Shown piece after piece: positions 32,201 to 42,821 of a DNA stretch of 64,000 nucleotides (its first letter is position 1; each line of letters starts with the position of its first letter). Origin of the DNA: a bacterium. GTDB taxonomy: Bacteria > Zhuqueibacterota > Zhuqueibacteria > Residuimicrobiales > Krinioviventaceae. The DNA lies in the NCBI GenBank assembly GCA_963693055.1, contig OY843751.1, positions 320,001 through 384,000 of the forward strand. Direction: 5' to 3'. The position numbers and the translations under genes were made by a program. The notes beneath the pieces were generated by a model, which did no database searches, was not told where the DNA came from, and saw only the letters and a list, made by a program, of their open reading frames with translations.

Positions 32201-32803
32201 AACAAAATAGGCTTCTAAATCTGCTTTAATTTGGCCACGACCAAAACGGCCATCCCATTCGCCCGCCCAATGCGTTTGGCGTCCTGTATAAAGCCAGCCG
32301 TGTGTTGGCCATGAATCCGGGTCATTGCTTAATGCCGGGGTTTCGCTGGCATTGTTCATATAGCCTGGAACCGGATGAAAGCCCCATTCCACCTGACCGG
32401 TAGGGTCTCGATCCATTTCTTCTCTATAATTGGTTTGGCAATAAAACAGAGTGTCAATCAGACCCTGAGCTTCCAGTGCTTTAATTTCATCAGGATCAGT
32501 GACTGGAATTGAATCTTGGGTAATGCAGACAGCCGAGCTTATTAACAGGCCCATATTGTCATGCATCTTGTTTCCACCAACACCTTTTGGCCACCAAGCA
32601 GTTGTAGCAACGGGATAACCACCCAATTCCGTATTGTTTTTAAAATTCAATTGAACACGGTTTCCTGACATTACACCTTCGCGCTCCAGATATGGATCGC
32701 CTGCGCTGTCTTGAGGACCGTCATAATTTTTCCCCTGAGCATAGAGGTCGGTTATGCTTAGAAATAGTAATCCAAAACAAAGAATAAAAAGTTTTATCCT
32801 CAT
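29261..32803 (-). CDS. Large secreted partner protein (Ca-binding DxDxDG motifs, FN3-like domain, T9SS-like CTD)
   Basis: ATG 32803 after GAAAGG; DNDQDGLVDE; PPEMPKLTAVAGDG..L.WD; IRVVPNPY...GMYLYHV...GKFGVIK. Confidence 0.8.
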   Translation of the reverse strand: MRIKLFILCFGLLFLSITDLYAQGKNYDGPQDSAGDPYLEREGVMSGNRVQLNFKNNTELGGYPVATTAWWPKGVGGNKMHDNMGLLISSAVCITQDSIPVTDPDEIKALEAQGLIDTLFYCQTNYREEMDRDPTGQVEWGFHPVPGYMNNASETPALSNDPDSWPTHGWLYTGRQTHWAGEWDGRFGRGQIKADLEAYFVANDAQDLEYLGEDDKVKYYPRKDVKIGDIDGSVTVQKGEPWGGLGIRVKQRGFQWNNPMAQDCIFWEYTVANISDYDLPNMAFGYWLDNNIGGENTGEDGNFNKVMNLSYCWDTDGVGSGGYKTGTAGYAYLESPGIFNDFIDNDQDGLVDEERDNDAGMFVGKYDGITNLDDFLSFYGKTEEDLVEHWSGDEDQDWSDGEDTNNDGIYQADEYAGDDIGLDGVSPSELNYTGPDADGTECNHKPDIGEGYAEPNFGWTDVTETDMLGLTTLLFYEAPIHTAPYVNWFRNDESVYRNMTSGILEAGATHIDNLFQLFSTAIFPLYRGQTEFISISELHTFDDLAGLTSADHSAPALFTLKNVVQLIYEKDYRFAQPPEMPKLTAVAGDGFVQLMWDDRSDRLTKESFLNGENDFEGYKVYRSTDPDMLDPMVITDGYGSAAFSKPIFQCDLKNEYEGFATWGFLNGTAYYLGDNSGVAYSFKDETVQNGRTYYYALVAYDYGIEPDRLKGTSLISQDENAGISPSENNAIIRKDDSENIEFIGANVAIVTPGSDAAGEEVTVDFQVDDNGSIGGGKIVPQVIDINSLKDDHVYKIKFSYDQIDSAYRYHAGYGYKYTANGLKVYDVTEDNRLVLADVLGSGGPANMTSIIEKDDHYHLASSELLWTDIFDGIQLGVQMDADLAELDVANTGWMPGESPMNIRYIDNLAMECYSWDYNIVFSDQPLHKTQITQRYAGYLDDENGNRLNKDELLVEEEFNFRIECLDFADSTGAPRVLDMLVQDMNANGQFDILEDRILAGPYNANKLWDGVLFIIDFQRCDDESDLPKANDVYAIRHLKPWYKTDSLTFTVSAEKLINTNNAKSLMDSIRVVPNPYVATNMMEPSVVNKYLNQRRRLLFTNLPAKCTIKIFTVSGMLVRELNSPGDCLTTFSGFGDNNTGTLHWDMLSWEGLEIAAGMYLYHVKDDETGEEKVGKFGVIK

Positions 32804-32864
32804 AGTTAAAAATCCTTTCGAAATTCTTCCTCTCATTAGATTCACACCTTTAATTCAAAAGTTG

Positions 32865-35570
32865 TTAAAACGATATACCAAGGCCCAATTTAACTAATCG
32901 TGGTGCAGACCAGTTTGCGGGGCTGTAAATACTTTCTTCATAAGTACTAAAGTCACTCCAAAAACCTAACAAGTCACTGGGTTTGATAATCGCCTGGTTG
33001 GTGCGTCCTGTATTCGAGTTTACATTATTTTCGTTCAAGTGATCAAAAAGATTATATACCCGTAAGGTTGCAATAAATTTGGCTCCCATAATGGTAGCAA
33101 TGTCATAATGTGCTTTTAAATCAAATTTATAGTGAGCCGGTTTGCTTGCTCCATTTGGATACAAGTTAATTCGGTTTAATGGATTTTCGCTGATTGGGCT
33201 CCATGTGTATGCAGAACCTGATCCAGCCCAACCCATTACTGTTACACCCCATTTGCTCAAGTTGTAACCTATAGACATGTTAAGAGTATGACGCTGGTCC
33301 CAACTCATTGGTATTAATGTGGGAACAGGATCCTGGCTGCTGCCAGCACGACTAAAGGTGAAAATTGGATTATCTGCATTACCCCGTGTGTATTGTAGGG
33401 TATAGTTAACTTCGGCAAAAAAGTTTGCAACATGTGCGTTGTATTTGAGTTCGAGTCCTCTTGCGTTTCCATAGTCTTTATTGCCATAGAGTCCATAACG
33501 AACAGAATTGTAGGTTGTAACAATATTAACTGTGGATAGGTTATAAATATCTCTGTACCAAAGGGCGACCTCAAGATCCATATATTCGTTAAGCGCCTGC
33601 CACAAGCCTATCTCATAGCTAACAGTCATTTCAGGATCAACATTGGGATTACCCAATGTGGTTTCGTAATCTGCTGGTGAGATTACATAAGAGCTGTTGA
33701 GATACATGGTGCTATGTGGGGGATATTGATAAAAGTGGCCATAGCTAAAACGCAGCAATGCTGTTTCACCCAGTTTATAAGATAAGCCTAAACGTGGGGC
33801 TATATTCATTTTAGCTTTTGCTTTTGGATATGTACTAACCCAATCTTCTGTACCTTCTTTTTGAAGCAAGTTACTGGGGTTTCTATAGTTGGAAGGGTAG
33901 GTTGTATTTGGATCAAAGTATTCACCTCTGACACCCAAATCAATAACCATGTTGTTATATTCCATTTTGTCTGAAATCCAACCAGCAAATTGATAGGGTT
34001 TCTTTTGGTAACTGTCGGTGTATACTGTTGAATCGGATGGTAACTCTGGTGCGTAAAGGAAATCTGACGCTGATGTGTTTCTATAATAATTTAATATGGA
34101 ACCGTTTAAATAATCATAATCAAATTGTTCACCCTGAAAACCCGCTTCAATATTATGATTATAGTTAGCCTGCCAGGTTATGTCAAAACGACCGAGCAAT
34201 TTTTTACTTGTTGTTTTGGAATAGCCTTTATCTTGACCACCTGTAACAAATCCAGTATATGATGAATTTGTTGAAAAAGAGTCATGAATGTAGCGACTAT
34301 CTTGTGGATCTTCATATAGATAACTGCCCCCCATATCTTTTGAATATGAAACTTTGATTTCATAAAACAATTCCGGGTTTAAAATATGGTTCAACTGGTA
34401 GGTCAGCATCTGACTTTTATTGTGGCTTCTACTACGACCATCGGGTTTATATTTTCTGGAATGGTTGTAAGATTGTCCTTCACTTTGGTTGCGTAAATAC
34501 ATTAATGACATTTTCAAGTTTTGCATCTTGTATGTCAGCTTGCCGTTGAAATTTATAGATTCGGACCAGCTCATGGGAACATATTCATTGTCACCGGTAT
34601 TTTCGTTATAAAGGTAAGCGCCGGTTTCAGGATCATATGAAGTACTGTCTTGATATAAGCTATAATCTGGTTGATCCGTTACGTTGAACCTTCTGACTCC
34701 ATTTAAATAACCATCATTATCCTGGACTCTGGCACTTGTAAAAAATGTCAGTTTGTCGCCAAATACAGGGCCGTGTAACATTACTTTATAATCTTCATTT
34801 CGGTCCATTTGAGAAGGTTTAAGGCCCATATAAACATCATCATGGGTGGTAAAATAGTTACCTAAATACCCTTCAATTTTACCATGAAAATCTTTACCGC
34901 CTTCTTTTGTAACTGCATTAACAATACCGCTCATCGCCTGTCCGTATTTGGCGCTGAACGTACCCGTAATGACTTCAACTTCCTGGACCGCATCCGGATC
35001 GATCTCTATCATTTGTCCTCTGTTGAGTCCATTATTGACAGACATACCATCGATCAAGTAGCTTGTCTCATTACTGCGACCACCGCGAAAGTGGCCCTGA
35101 ACAACACCTGGTTGCATAGCGACAACACTTCCAGTGCTTTCAACAGGAAGAACATTAATATCTTCTGATGATACATTTCGAATTGAACTCGTTTGGTCTT
35201 TTTTGATAGCAACGCGGTCTGCGGAAACGATAATTTCTTCACCAAGATCCAAAGCTTCCTGGCTCAGAGTCGTTGATAAAGTTAAGGTACGGTTAACAGA
35301 TACTTGCACATCTGTAATAAGTTTTGTTGCATACCCAATGCACATAAACTTGATTGTATACTTGCCCGGAGGAACATTCAAAATAAAGTAGTTTCCCTCG
35401 ATATTTGAAGCTCCACCTAAATAGGTGCCATCGACCATAACGTTAACACCTACAAGAGGCTCCCCTGTTTCAACATCTTTAATGGATCCGGCGATTTTAC
35501 CGGTTGTCTGTGAAAATATATTTCCAGACAAACATAAAAGAAGGAGAAAACCAATGGTGAATCTTTTCAT
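32865..35570 (-). CDS. TonB-dependent receptor (carbohydrate-locus type, not canonical SusC)
   Basis: TTGKIAG..D.ETGEPL.GVNV, HFRGGRSNE, ITGTFSAKYG.AMSG, PRLVKLGLGISF. Confidence 0.92.
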   Translation of the reverse strand: MKRFTIGFLLLLCLSGNIFSQTTGKIAGSIKDVETGEPLVGVNVMVDGTYLGGASNIEGNYFILNVPPGKYTIKFMCIGYATKLITDVQVSVNRTLTLSTTLSQEALDLGEEIIVSADRVAIKKDQTSSIRNVSSEDINVLPVESTGSVVAMQPGVVQGHFRGGRSNETSYLIDGMSVNNGLNRGQMIEIDPDAVQEVEVITGTFSAKYGQAMSGIVNAVTKEGGKDFHGKIEGYLGNYFTTHDDVYMGLKPSQMDRNEDYKVMLHGPVFGDKLTFFTSARVQDNDGYLNGVRRFNVTDQPDYSLYQDSTSYDPETGAYLYNENTGDNEYVPMSWSESINFNGKLTYKMQNLKMSLMYLRNQSEGQSYNHSRKYKPDGRSRSHNKSQMLTYQLNHILNPELFYEIKVSYSKDMGGSYLYEDPQDSRYIHDSFSTNSSYTGFVTGGQDKGYSKTTSKKLLGRFDITWQANYNHNIEAGFQGEQFDYDYLNGSILNYYRNTSASDFLYAPELPSDSTVYTDSYQKKPYQFAGWISDKMEYNNMVIDLGVRGEYFDPNTTYPSNYRNPSNLLQKEGTEDWVSTYPKAKAKMNIAPRLGLSYKLGETALLRFSYGHFYQYPPHSTMYLNSSYVISPADYETTLGNPNVDPEMTVSYEIGLWQALNEYMDLEVALWYRDIYNLSTVNIVTTYNSVRYGLYGNKDYGNARGLELKYNAHVANFFAEVNYTLQYTRGNADNPIFTFSRAGSSQDPVPTLIPMSWDQRHTLNMSIGYNLSKWGVTVMGWAGSGSAYTWSPISENPLNRINLYPNGASKPAHYKFDLKAHYDIATIMGAKFIATLRVYNLFDHLNENNVNSNTGRTNQAIIKPSDLLGFWSDFSTYEESIYSPANWSAPRLVKLGLGISF

Positions 35571-35707
35571 AAACCAATCCTTTCCTTATTCTTTTTTTTA
35601 TTCTATATTCTTTATTGATTTTCATTTTACTCCTCGAAAAATATTGATATATACGATGCATCATTAAATATTTATGATAAACAAGGTGCTATTAAATAAT
35701 TTTAAAA

Positions 35708-35723
35708 GCTAAAACGTTTTAGC
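35708..35723. promoter_or_regulatory. Candidate LacI-family operator
   Basis: Perfect 16-bp palindrome GCTAAAACGTTTTAGC with central CG, upstream of the TBDR. Confidence 0.75.
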
Positions 35724-35920
35724 AAAACAGTTAAAAAAAATATTACAACAAAATCAAATTTTTATTTATAGAAACTGTATTGCTCATGGTGATTTTTACA
35801 TATTGAAAAGTTTATGTTAAAAGCAGTTAATAAAATCACTTTGTTAATTCTTAAACCTTGCTTCAATGCGGTAAATTTTGTGATTAAGATAATATTTTTT
35901 AAATAAATCAAATAGAATAG

Positions 35921-35952
35921 ATGTATCAATTACTGCAAGAAATGTATCAATT
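35921..35952. promoter_or_regulatory. Candidate HTCS/AraC activator site
   Basis: Direct repeat ATGTATCAATT at 35921 and 35942 (21-bp period). Confidence 0.65.
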
Positions 35953-36156
35953 TAGAAAAATGTGGTTATGAATATAAATTGAATCGTTTTTATATTAATC
36001 CACTAAACTTTTTTCAAAAATTTTGTTATTTGATGGATTAATAATCACAGCAGAAAAAGTATGAGGATGGAAATGGTTTGTTGTATATATAGTTGCAATA
36101 CATATATCAGGTTATACATATTGTTCTGTGGGAATTGAGTTTATGATAAGCTAAAA

Positions 36157-38973
36157 TTAATTGTTGAAATTTTTTTGATAATCTGAAGGTTTTACTTTAA
36201 ATGCATTTTTAAAACACTTTGTAAAATAAGAAGGGGTTTCAAAACCGACTTTGAAGGCGATTTCAGAAATGGTCAAGTCTGAATTTTTCAAGAGGTCTGA
36301 TGCTTTGTGCAATTGTATGGTTTTTATAAATTCACTTGGAGCAAGACCGGTAATTGTTTTGATTTTCCGATAAAAAGTTAGCCGGTTCATACCAAATGTT
36401 TTACCTAAATTTTCAACAGATAAATTTGAATCCAAAATATGAATTTCCGCCTGTGCAATAACTTTTTGAAGAAATTCTTTGTCAAGATCTTTGATGCGGG
36501 GTTCATTTTTAAAGAACAAAATATCTTTGGAAAAATGTTCTTTAATCTTCTCTCTGTTTTTTATAATATTTTTTAATTTTAATTCAAGGATTTTGAAATT
36601 GAAAGGCTTTGTAATATAATAATCAGCACCGCATTCAAGACCTTCTATTTTATTTTCTTCAGTTGTTCTGGCAGAGAGTAAAATTATAGGAATGTGACTT
36701 GTATCTATGTCTGATTTTAATAATCTTGTCATCTCATTGCCATCCATTATGGGCATCATTATATCGCTAATAATAATATTGGGTTTATATTTTTTTGCTA
36801 ATGCGAGACCCTCTTTACCATTGTATGCTGCAATGATCACAAAATCTTTGACAAAATTATCTTTCAACATCTGGACAACATCTTTATTATCTTCGACAAC
36901 GAGTAATACTTCTGCATTATCATCAATAACATTTATTTGATTGACGGTTTGCTCCGGTAAATATTCAAATTCCTCAGAAACAAGGTGCTCAAAGGAATTT
37001 AAAGCTGTCAGGTCATTTCTAATTTCATTGTTTTTATATGCAGCAGCATTCGTAGGCAGTTGAATGGTAAATGTGCTGCCTTTATTGACCTCACTTTTTA
37101 CACTTATATTTCCATGATGCAGTGTCACAATTCTCTTGCTAAAGGCCAATCCTATACCTGTACTTGCTATTGAAGAATATCCATTTTGGTCAAAATTATG
37201 AAACTGCTCAAATACAAGTTCAAGTTCATTCTCAGGTATTCCAATGCCAGTATCTTTAACACTAATTTCGATGCATTTACTATTATCTTTAACGCAATCA
37301 CTATATATTACACTTAGAGTAATCTCTCCATTGTCTGGGGTAAATTTGAATGCGTTTGAAAGAAGATTGAAAACAACTTTTTCAAATTTTATAGCATCAA
37401 TAAAAACATTCATTTGCTCATGTTGAGCATAAAAGTTTAAATTAATATTTTTTATTTCTGCCGAGCTTTCAAAATAATTAAATATATCTTTTAAAAAACT
37501 TACAATATCATGTTCATCAATATTTAGAGAAACTTTCTGAGCTTCAATTTTTCGAAAATCCATTAATTCGTTAATGAGTTTTAATAATCTTTCAGCGTTT
37601 TTATTTAAAATGTTTAACTGTTTGGTAATATAATTGTCCTTGATATTTAAATTTTTTAATTGATCAAGGGTCCCTAAAATAAGAGTAAGAGGAGTACGGA
37701 ATTCATGAGAAATGTTTGTAAAAAATTGAATTTTAAATTCATTCGCTTTTTTTACAGTTTCTTGCATCTGATATAACTCGTCACGCTGCTTTTCAAGTTC
37801 AATTAAATGTTCTTCAATTGCCAGATTTTTTTCATTTAATTTACGATTCATCATTTTATTGATCTGTAAAGAACGGAACAGTAAAAAAAGAAAAGCAGCC
37901 AGCAAAAAAATGGCTGTAACAAGTGTAAAAATAAAATTTCGCTGCGAATTGTATTGAATGAATAAGCTGTTCAAGATTTGATTTTGAGTTTCAATTTTGG
38001 ATCGGATATTATGTATTTGATCTGATTTTATTTGCAACAATTTTGCATTTGTTGAATCAACAAGAATAGATTCCAGGCTAATATTTTTATCAACTGTATC
38101 TCCAATTAATATTTTAAATGCTGTTTGAATAGCTACATCACCACCTGTGGGATAAAGTATAGAGGCATCTAATTTGTTATCCATTACCATTTGAATGCCA
38201 CCACCATCACCAGGTAAAGCATCAATGCCGATAAATTTAATGTTTTGAGATAATTTCAATTCATTTAGAATGTTATATGCATGAATTGCAATTGCATCGT
38301 TGTGAGCAAATACCAGGTCAATGTCTGGGTGTTTTTTTATAGCATTTGAAATAAGTGTATTGAATTTTTCTTGATCAATAACAGCCCAATTATTATGTTT
38401 GCAGTTTATTAATTCTAAATTGTCACCTGTTCTTATGGCATCAGCAAACCCGGCTTTTCTTTCACGAGCCGGAGAAGATCCTGACAGTCCACAAATTTCA
38501 AGTATTTTTCCATTTGGCTTTATGAGATTTAATGCGTACGAACCTGCAAGATAACCAATTTTATAATTATCTGCACCAATATAGGTATTGTATGAATCGC
38601 TATTTATTTTCCGATCCAGCAAAATTACCGGAATTCCACTTTTGTAAGCTTTTTCCACAATAGGCGTTAGAGGCTCAGCTTCATTTGGTGAAACTATTAA
38701 CAAATCAACTTGCTGATCAATCAAATAAGATATGTCATTGATTTGTTTTTGATTGTTAGATTGTCCATCTAGTATTAAAAGTTTAATTTCGGGGTGTAAT
38801 GATGCTTCAAGCTTCATCTCATAATTCATTGACTGACGCCATAAATCATTGCTTACGCATTGTGAAAAACCCACAAAATATTTTTTGTTTTTTTCAGGAG
38901 AAAATTCTTTTGAACAGCCCCCCAAAAGAATTATTAAAACAAATAATAAACAATTTTTTTTCAATATTACCAT
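36157..38973 (-). CDS. Hybrid two-component system (periplasmic sugar-binding domain, His kinase, REC, AraC HTH)
   Basis: RbsB-like N-terminus (VGFSQC, DLLIVSPNEA), FFTNISHEFRTPL, NLLSNAFKFT, SDIMMP.MDG, EIAFKVGF..PSYF. Confidence 0.95.
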   Translation of the reverse strand: MVILKKNCLLFVLIILLGGCSKEFSPEKNKKYFVGFSQCVSNDLWRQSMNYEMKLEASLHPEIKLLILDGQSNNQKQINDISYLIDQQVDLLIVSPNEAEPLTPIVEKAYKSGIPVILLDRKINSDSYNTYIGADNYKIGYLAGSYALNLIKPNGKILEICGLSGSSPARERKAGFADAIRTGDNLELINCKHNNWAVIDQEKFNTLISNAIKKHPDIDLVFAHNDAIAIHAYNILNELKLSQNIKFIGIDALPGDGGGIQMVMDNKLDASILYPTGGDVAIQTAFKILIGDTVDKNISLESILVDSTNAKLLQIKSDQIHNIRSKIETQNQILNSLFIQYNSQRNFIFTLVTAIFLLAAFLFLLFRSLQINKMMNRKLNEKNLAIEEHLIELEKQRDELYQMQETVKKANEFKIQFFTNISHEFRTPLTLILGTLDQLKNLNIKDNYITKQLNILNKNAERLLKLINELMDFRKIEAQKVSLNIDEHDIVSFLKDIFNYFESSAEIKNINLNFYAQHEQMNVFIDAIKFEKVVFNLLSNAFKFTPDNGEITLSVIYSDCVKDNSKCIEISVKDTGIGIPENELELVFEQFHNFDQNGYSSIASTGIGLAFSKRIVTLHHGNISVKSEVNKGSTFTIQLPTNAAAYKNNEIRNDLTALNSFEHLVSEEFEYLPEQTVNQINVIDDNAEVLLVVEDNKDVVQMLKDNFVKDFVIIAAYNGKEGLALAKKYKPNIIISDIMMPIMDGNEMTRLLKSDIDTSHIPIILLSARTTEENKIEGLECGADYYITKPFNFKILELKLKNIIKNREKIKEHFSKDILFFKNEPRIKDLDKEFLQKVIAQAEIHILDSNLSVENLGKTFGMNRLTFYRKIKTITGLAPSEFIKTIQLHKASDLLKNSDLTISEIAFKVGFETPSYFTKCFKNAFKVKPSDYQKNFNN

Positions 38974-39236
38974 TACGTATTACTCAAATATTAATTCAAT
39001 AATTGCAATAGCATATCAGTCATTACATCCATAGAATATAAACAGTATCATGTTAATATTCAGGGTGAAAAAACATAGTGAAATTCGCTCAAAAAAACAA
39101 GTATAGTTTAATCCACTGGATTTATTCCGGAAAATTGAAAAATCGATATTCGGAGAGGAAAAGGTTAGATTCCCGATAAAGATTAAGTGATTTTACAGGC
39201 AGATGGTCAAAAAAAGAAATCAAGAGCTGGGTAGTA

Positions 39237-40253
39237 TTATTTACATGAAGCCCTGAAAATAAAATCTACTTCCAGTTCAATATTTTCTATTATATCTCCA
39301 TTGTACTTGTTTTCAATTGTATTCATTAATATTCGAACCGCATCTTTACTCATTTGCTCAATGGGCTGTACTATAGCGCTGATAGGTGTATACGATACCT
39401 TGAATGCAATTGGATCATCGTAACTGATAACTGACATTTTGTTGGAAATATCTACATTCAATTCTTTCAGACATTCAACACCCATTAGCCCCAGTTTATT
39501 GGTGGTAAATAGAATTGCATCGGCTTGTTTTTGAATAACGTCTTTGATTGCTTCCATTAAAACATCTTTTTGATGGCTGAAATCAAGATGTTTGATGATT
39601 GAGTGATTTACATTAATGCCATTGTCTTTTAAAGCATCAAGAAAACCTTCTTCTCTTTGCCTCATATGAATCAATTCAGGGATTATATTAATAAGCGCAA
39701 TATTTTTTCTGTTATTGGCTAAAAGTCGTTCTGTAGCTTTATAACTTGATTTATGATTATCGATCATTACCGAATGTGTATTGGGTATGTTAAAGATTCT
39801 GTCTACAATAACAAAAGGGATGTTTTGTTCTTGTAATTCAATTATTTCCTTTTCACTTCCATGAGGCGGTGTAATAATAAATCCATCGACCTGGCCATTT
39901 TTTAAAACTTTTAATTGGTTGGAAAATTTTGACAAGTTTTCATCCGAGTTTCCCAAAATGACATGATAGTTGTATTTAGAGGCTTCAATTTCGACATGTC
40001 GGGTCATGGTTGCAAAAAAAGGATTTGATATGTCAGCTACTATGAGTCCTAACGTTCTTGATTTGCCATGTCTTAAACTTTTTGCAAGATAATTTGGGGT
40101 GTAATTCATTTTTTTAGCAACTTTTAAGACTTTGGCTGTCATTTCATCGCTAATTCTTTTTTCTTTACTTTTACCATTGAGTACAAATGATACAAGTGAG
40201 GTTGAAACCCCAAGTTGTTTTGCAATATCTTTAATTGTGCTTTTGGTTTGCAT
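39237..40253 (-). CDS. LacI family transcriptional regulator
   Basis: TIKDIAKQLGVSTSLVSFVLNG, Y.PN.LAKSL, GLIVADISNPFF. Confidence 0.95.
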   Translation of the reverse strand: MQTKSTIKDIAKQLGVSTSLVSFVLNGKSKEKRISDEMTAKVLKVAKKMNYTPNYLAKSLRHGKSRTLGLIVADISNPFFATMTRHVEIEASKYNYHVILGNSDENLSKFSNQLKVLKNGQVDGFIITPPHGSEKEIIELQEQNIPFVIVDRIFNIPNTHSVMIDNHKSSYKATERLLANNRKNIALINIIPELIHMRQREEGFLDALKDNGINVNHSIIKHLDFSHQKDVLMEAIKDVIQKQADAILFTTNKLGLMGVECLKELNVDISNKMSVISYDDPIAFKVSYTPISAIVQPIEQMSKDAVRILMNTIENKYNGDIIENIELEVDFIFRASCK

Positions 40254-40752
40254 AATAAAATTTATTCACCAATTGATTGCCAGTAAAGTATAAATATCTA
40301 TTTAAAAGAATCGGGATTAATAAATTTTTCTAGTTGCTCATTTACTTTTTGTGTTTTTTTAAATCAATGTCTGTTCCAAAAAATGTTACGTGTTAACGTT
40401 TATAAAAAATTATAAATGTGCAGAATGTTATTAATGATTTTTCAATTTTTCTTGATACAATATTTATTAACAAATGTTAGGATAATATAAATAAAAGCTG
40501 GAGAAAGCCCGCAAAAAAAAATACAATTAAAACTATTTTGCAACCATTGTGCAAATAAATATATTTTATTTAAAAATTAAACTCTAAATGTCATACAAAT
40601 TAGAATATAATAATATTTTTATAATAAAGATTTAATTAACAATTAATAAAGAAGAAAAGCAAGAAAAAATAATTTTAAATTTAAATTGCTTTAGCAATAT
40701 TGCTTTAAATTAAATCTTTTTTGTTTAGAATTGGGATTATTTTCTTTTGGGG

Positions 40753-40780
40753 ACAAGGCCCTTTTTTTAAAGGGCCTTGT
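40753..40780 (-). terminator. Terminator hairpin after pgm
   Basis: acaaggcccttt..aaagggccttgt. Confidence 0.65.
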
Positions 40781-40815
40781 TATAATGAATTTAATTGGTT
40801 CAATTTCTCACATCT

Positions 40816-42453
40816 CTAAAAAACAGAAGCTACAAGGGATTTTGCTTCATTCTGAATTTTTTCTAAATGCGCTTTACCCTTGAAACTTTCGGCATAAATT
40901 TTATAAATTTCTTCAGTGCCGGAAGGACGAGCTGCAAACCAGCCATTTTCGGTGACGACTTTTAAGCCGCCAATTGCAGCGTTATTACCGGGTGCATGAG
41001 TTAATTTTTGCAGAATAGGTTCACCCGCAAACTCGCTGGCTTTTAACTGGTCTGGAGTCAGGTTCTTTAAAATTTCTTTTTGTGCTTTGGTTGCCGGCGC
41101 GTCAATGCGTTCATAAACCGGTGACCCGAATTTGTCTTCCAGAGATTGATAGATTTTGCCGGGATCCCGCTCGGTTTTGGCCAGTATTTCGGCAGCCAAC
41201 AGGTCCATAATAATACCGTCTTTATCTGTTGTCCAGGTTGTTCCATTCTTACGTAGAAAAGAAGCCCCAGCGCTTTCTTCACCACCAAAGCCATAAGAAC
41301 TATCGATTAGTCCATCAACAAACCATTTGAATCCGACCGGCACTTCGGATATTTTCCGCTTGAGATGAGCTGCCACACGGTCAAGCATTGAGCTGGAAAC
41401 CAGGGTCTTACCAATTGCAGCATCTTGCCGCCATTCCGGACGATTTTGGAACAAGTACCAAACGGCAACCGCAAGATAGTGATTGGGGTTCATCAAACCG
41501 CTGCTTTGGGTTACAATTCCGTGTCTGTCATAATCCGGGTCATTACCAAAAGCGATGTCGAATTTTTCTTTCAGTTTTATCAGGCCTGCCATTGCAAAAG
41601 GCGATGAACAATCCATTCGGATTTTTCCATCTTTGTCTAATGTCATAAAAGAAAATGTTGGATCAACATATGGATTTACGACCTCGATATTTAGCTTGTA
41701 TTTTTCAGCAATCGGTTCCCAATAGGCAATGCCGGCACCACCCATGGGATCAACCCCAATTTTTAATCCGGCAGACTGAATGGCATCCATGTCAACGATG
41801 TTTGCCAGATCATTTACATAGGGTTGAACGAGATCAAGATGTTGCACATTTTCTGCTTTTAGTGCTTTTTCGTAGAGCATGCGTTTAACATCTTTTAAAT
41901 CATTTTTCAGGATTTCATTGGCGCGTTTCTGAATTACACTAGTAGTAGCCGTGTCTGCAGGACCGCCATGAGGGGGATTGTATTTGAATCCTCCATCTTC
42001 TGGTGGATTGTGCGATGGTGTAATAACAACCCCATCTGCCAGACCTGAGGTTTTTCCCTTGTTGAAATTTAGAATTGCATGAGAGATGACGGGGGTGGGT
42101 GTAAAGCCAAGACCTTTTTGAATGATTACTTGCAGGTCATTTGCCGCAAAAACCTGAAGCGCTGTTGCAAACGCTGCCTCAGACAGTGCGTGGGTATCCT
42201 TTCCGATGAAAATGGGACCCTTTATGTCATTTTGATTTCTGTATTCACAAATGGCTTGTGAAACAGCAAGGATATGCGATTCTGTAAAGGTTTTTTTTAA
42301 TGAAGAACCACGGTGTCCCGATGTGCCAAAGGAGACCAGGTTTGTGGGATTTTCAATGTCGGGTTCATATGTATAATAAGCAGAAACAAGTCCGGGAATA
42401 TTAACCAGTAATTCCCGTGGAGCGGGTTTGCCGGCAAGTTTATTTTGACTCAA
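40816..42453 (-). CDS. pgm: Phosphoglucomutase (alpha-D-glucose-phosphate specific)
   Basis: [10 protein letters not shown], catalytic [26 protein letters not shown]. Confidence 0.97.
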   Translation of the reverse strand: MSQNKLAGKPAPRELLVNIPGLVSAYYTYEPDIENPTNLVSFGTSGHRGSSLKKTFTESHILAVSQAICEYRNQNDIKGPIFIGKDTHALSEAAFATALQVFAANDLQVIIQKGLGFTPTPVISHAILNFNKGKTSGLADGVVITPSHNPPEDGGFKYNPPHGGPADTATTSVIQKRANEILKNDLKDVKRMLYEKALKAENVQHLDLVQPYVNDLANIVDMDAIQSAGLKIGVDPMGGAGIAYWEPIAEKYKLNIEVVNPYVDPTFSFMTLDKDGKIRMDCSSPFAMAGLIKLKEKFDIAFGNDPDYDRHGIVTQSSGLMNPNHYLAVAVWYLFQNRPEWRQDAAIGKTLVSSSMLDRVAAHLKRKISEVPVGFKWFVDGLIDSSYGFGGEESAGASFLRKNGTTWTTDKDGIIMDLLAAEILAKTERDPGKIYQSLEDKFGSPVYERIDAPATKAQKEILKNLTPDQLKASEFAGEPILQKLTHAPGNNAAIGGLKVVTENGWFAARPSGTEEIYKIYAESFKGKAHLEKIQNEAKSLVASVF

Positions 42454-42821
42454 TTGTAACTCCTTATTTTTTAAATTTTATATATTCAACTGTACTTTGA
42501 AAGTTCAGATTCAGGTTATTTAAAAATAAGGGATACATCTTGAAAAAACAATTGATAATTGAAATTTCTTGATGAATTGAGCATACCTGGTCTATATTGG
42601 GTAAGAGTATATGAGAAGAATTTTGCTCGAGTGCTGGTTTTCCGCAATCCAAACGATTCCCGGAGCTTTTTTGTCTGAATTAAAATTCGTAGGATTAAGG
42701 GATTATAGGATTGAAAAGCACCCGTTACAGAGATAGTCTCCGTCACGAGTTAAATGTTTGCTTTTTTGCGTTATTTTGGTTATGATCCAATACAGTGCTG
42801 TGTTTGTCAAAAGTCGGACCT

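Noticed and set aside
42464-42757. Short ORFs or ncRNA upstream of pgm
   Set aside because: No convincing coding or structural signature; includes low-complexity aatcc-type repeats
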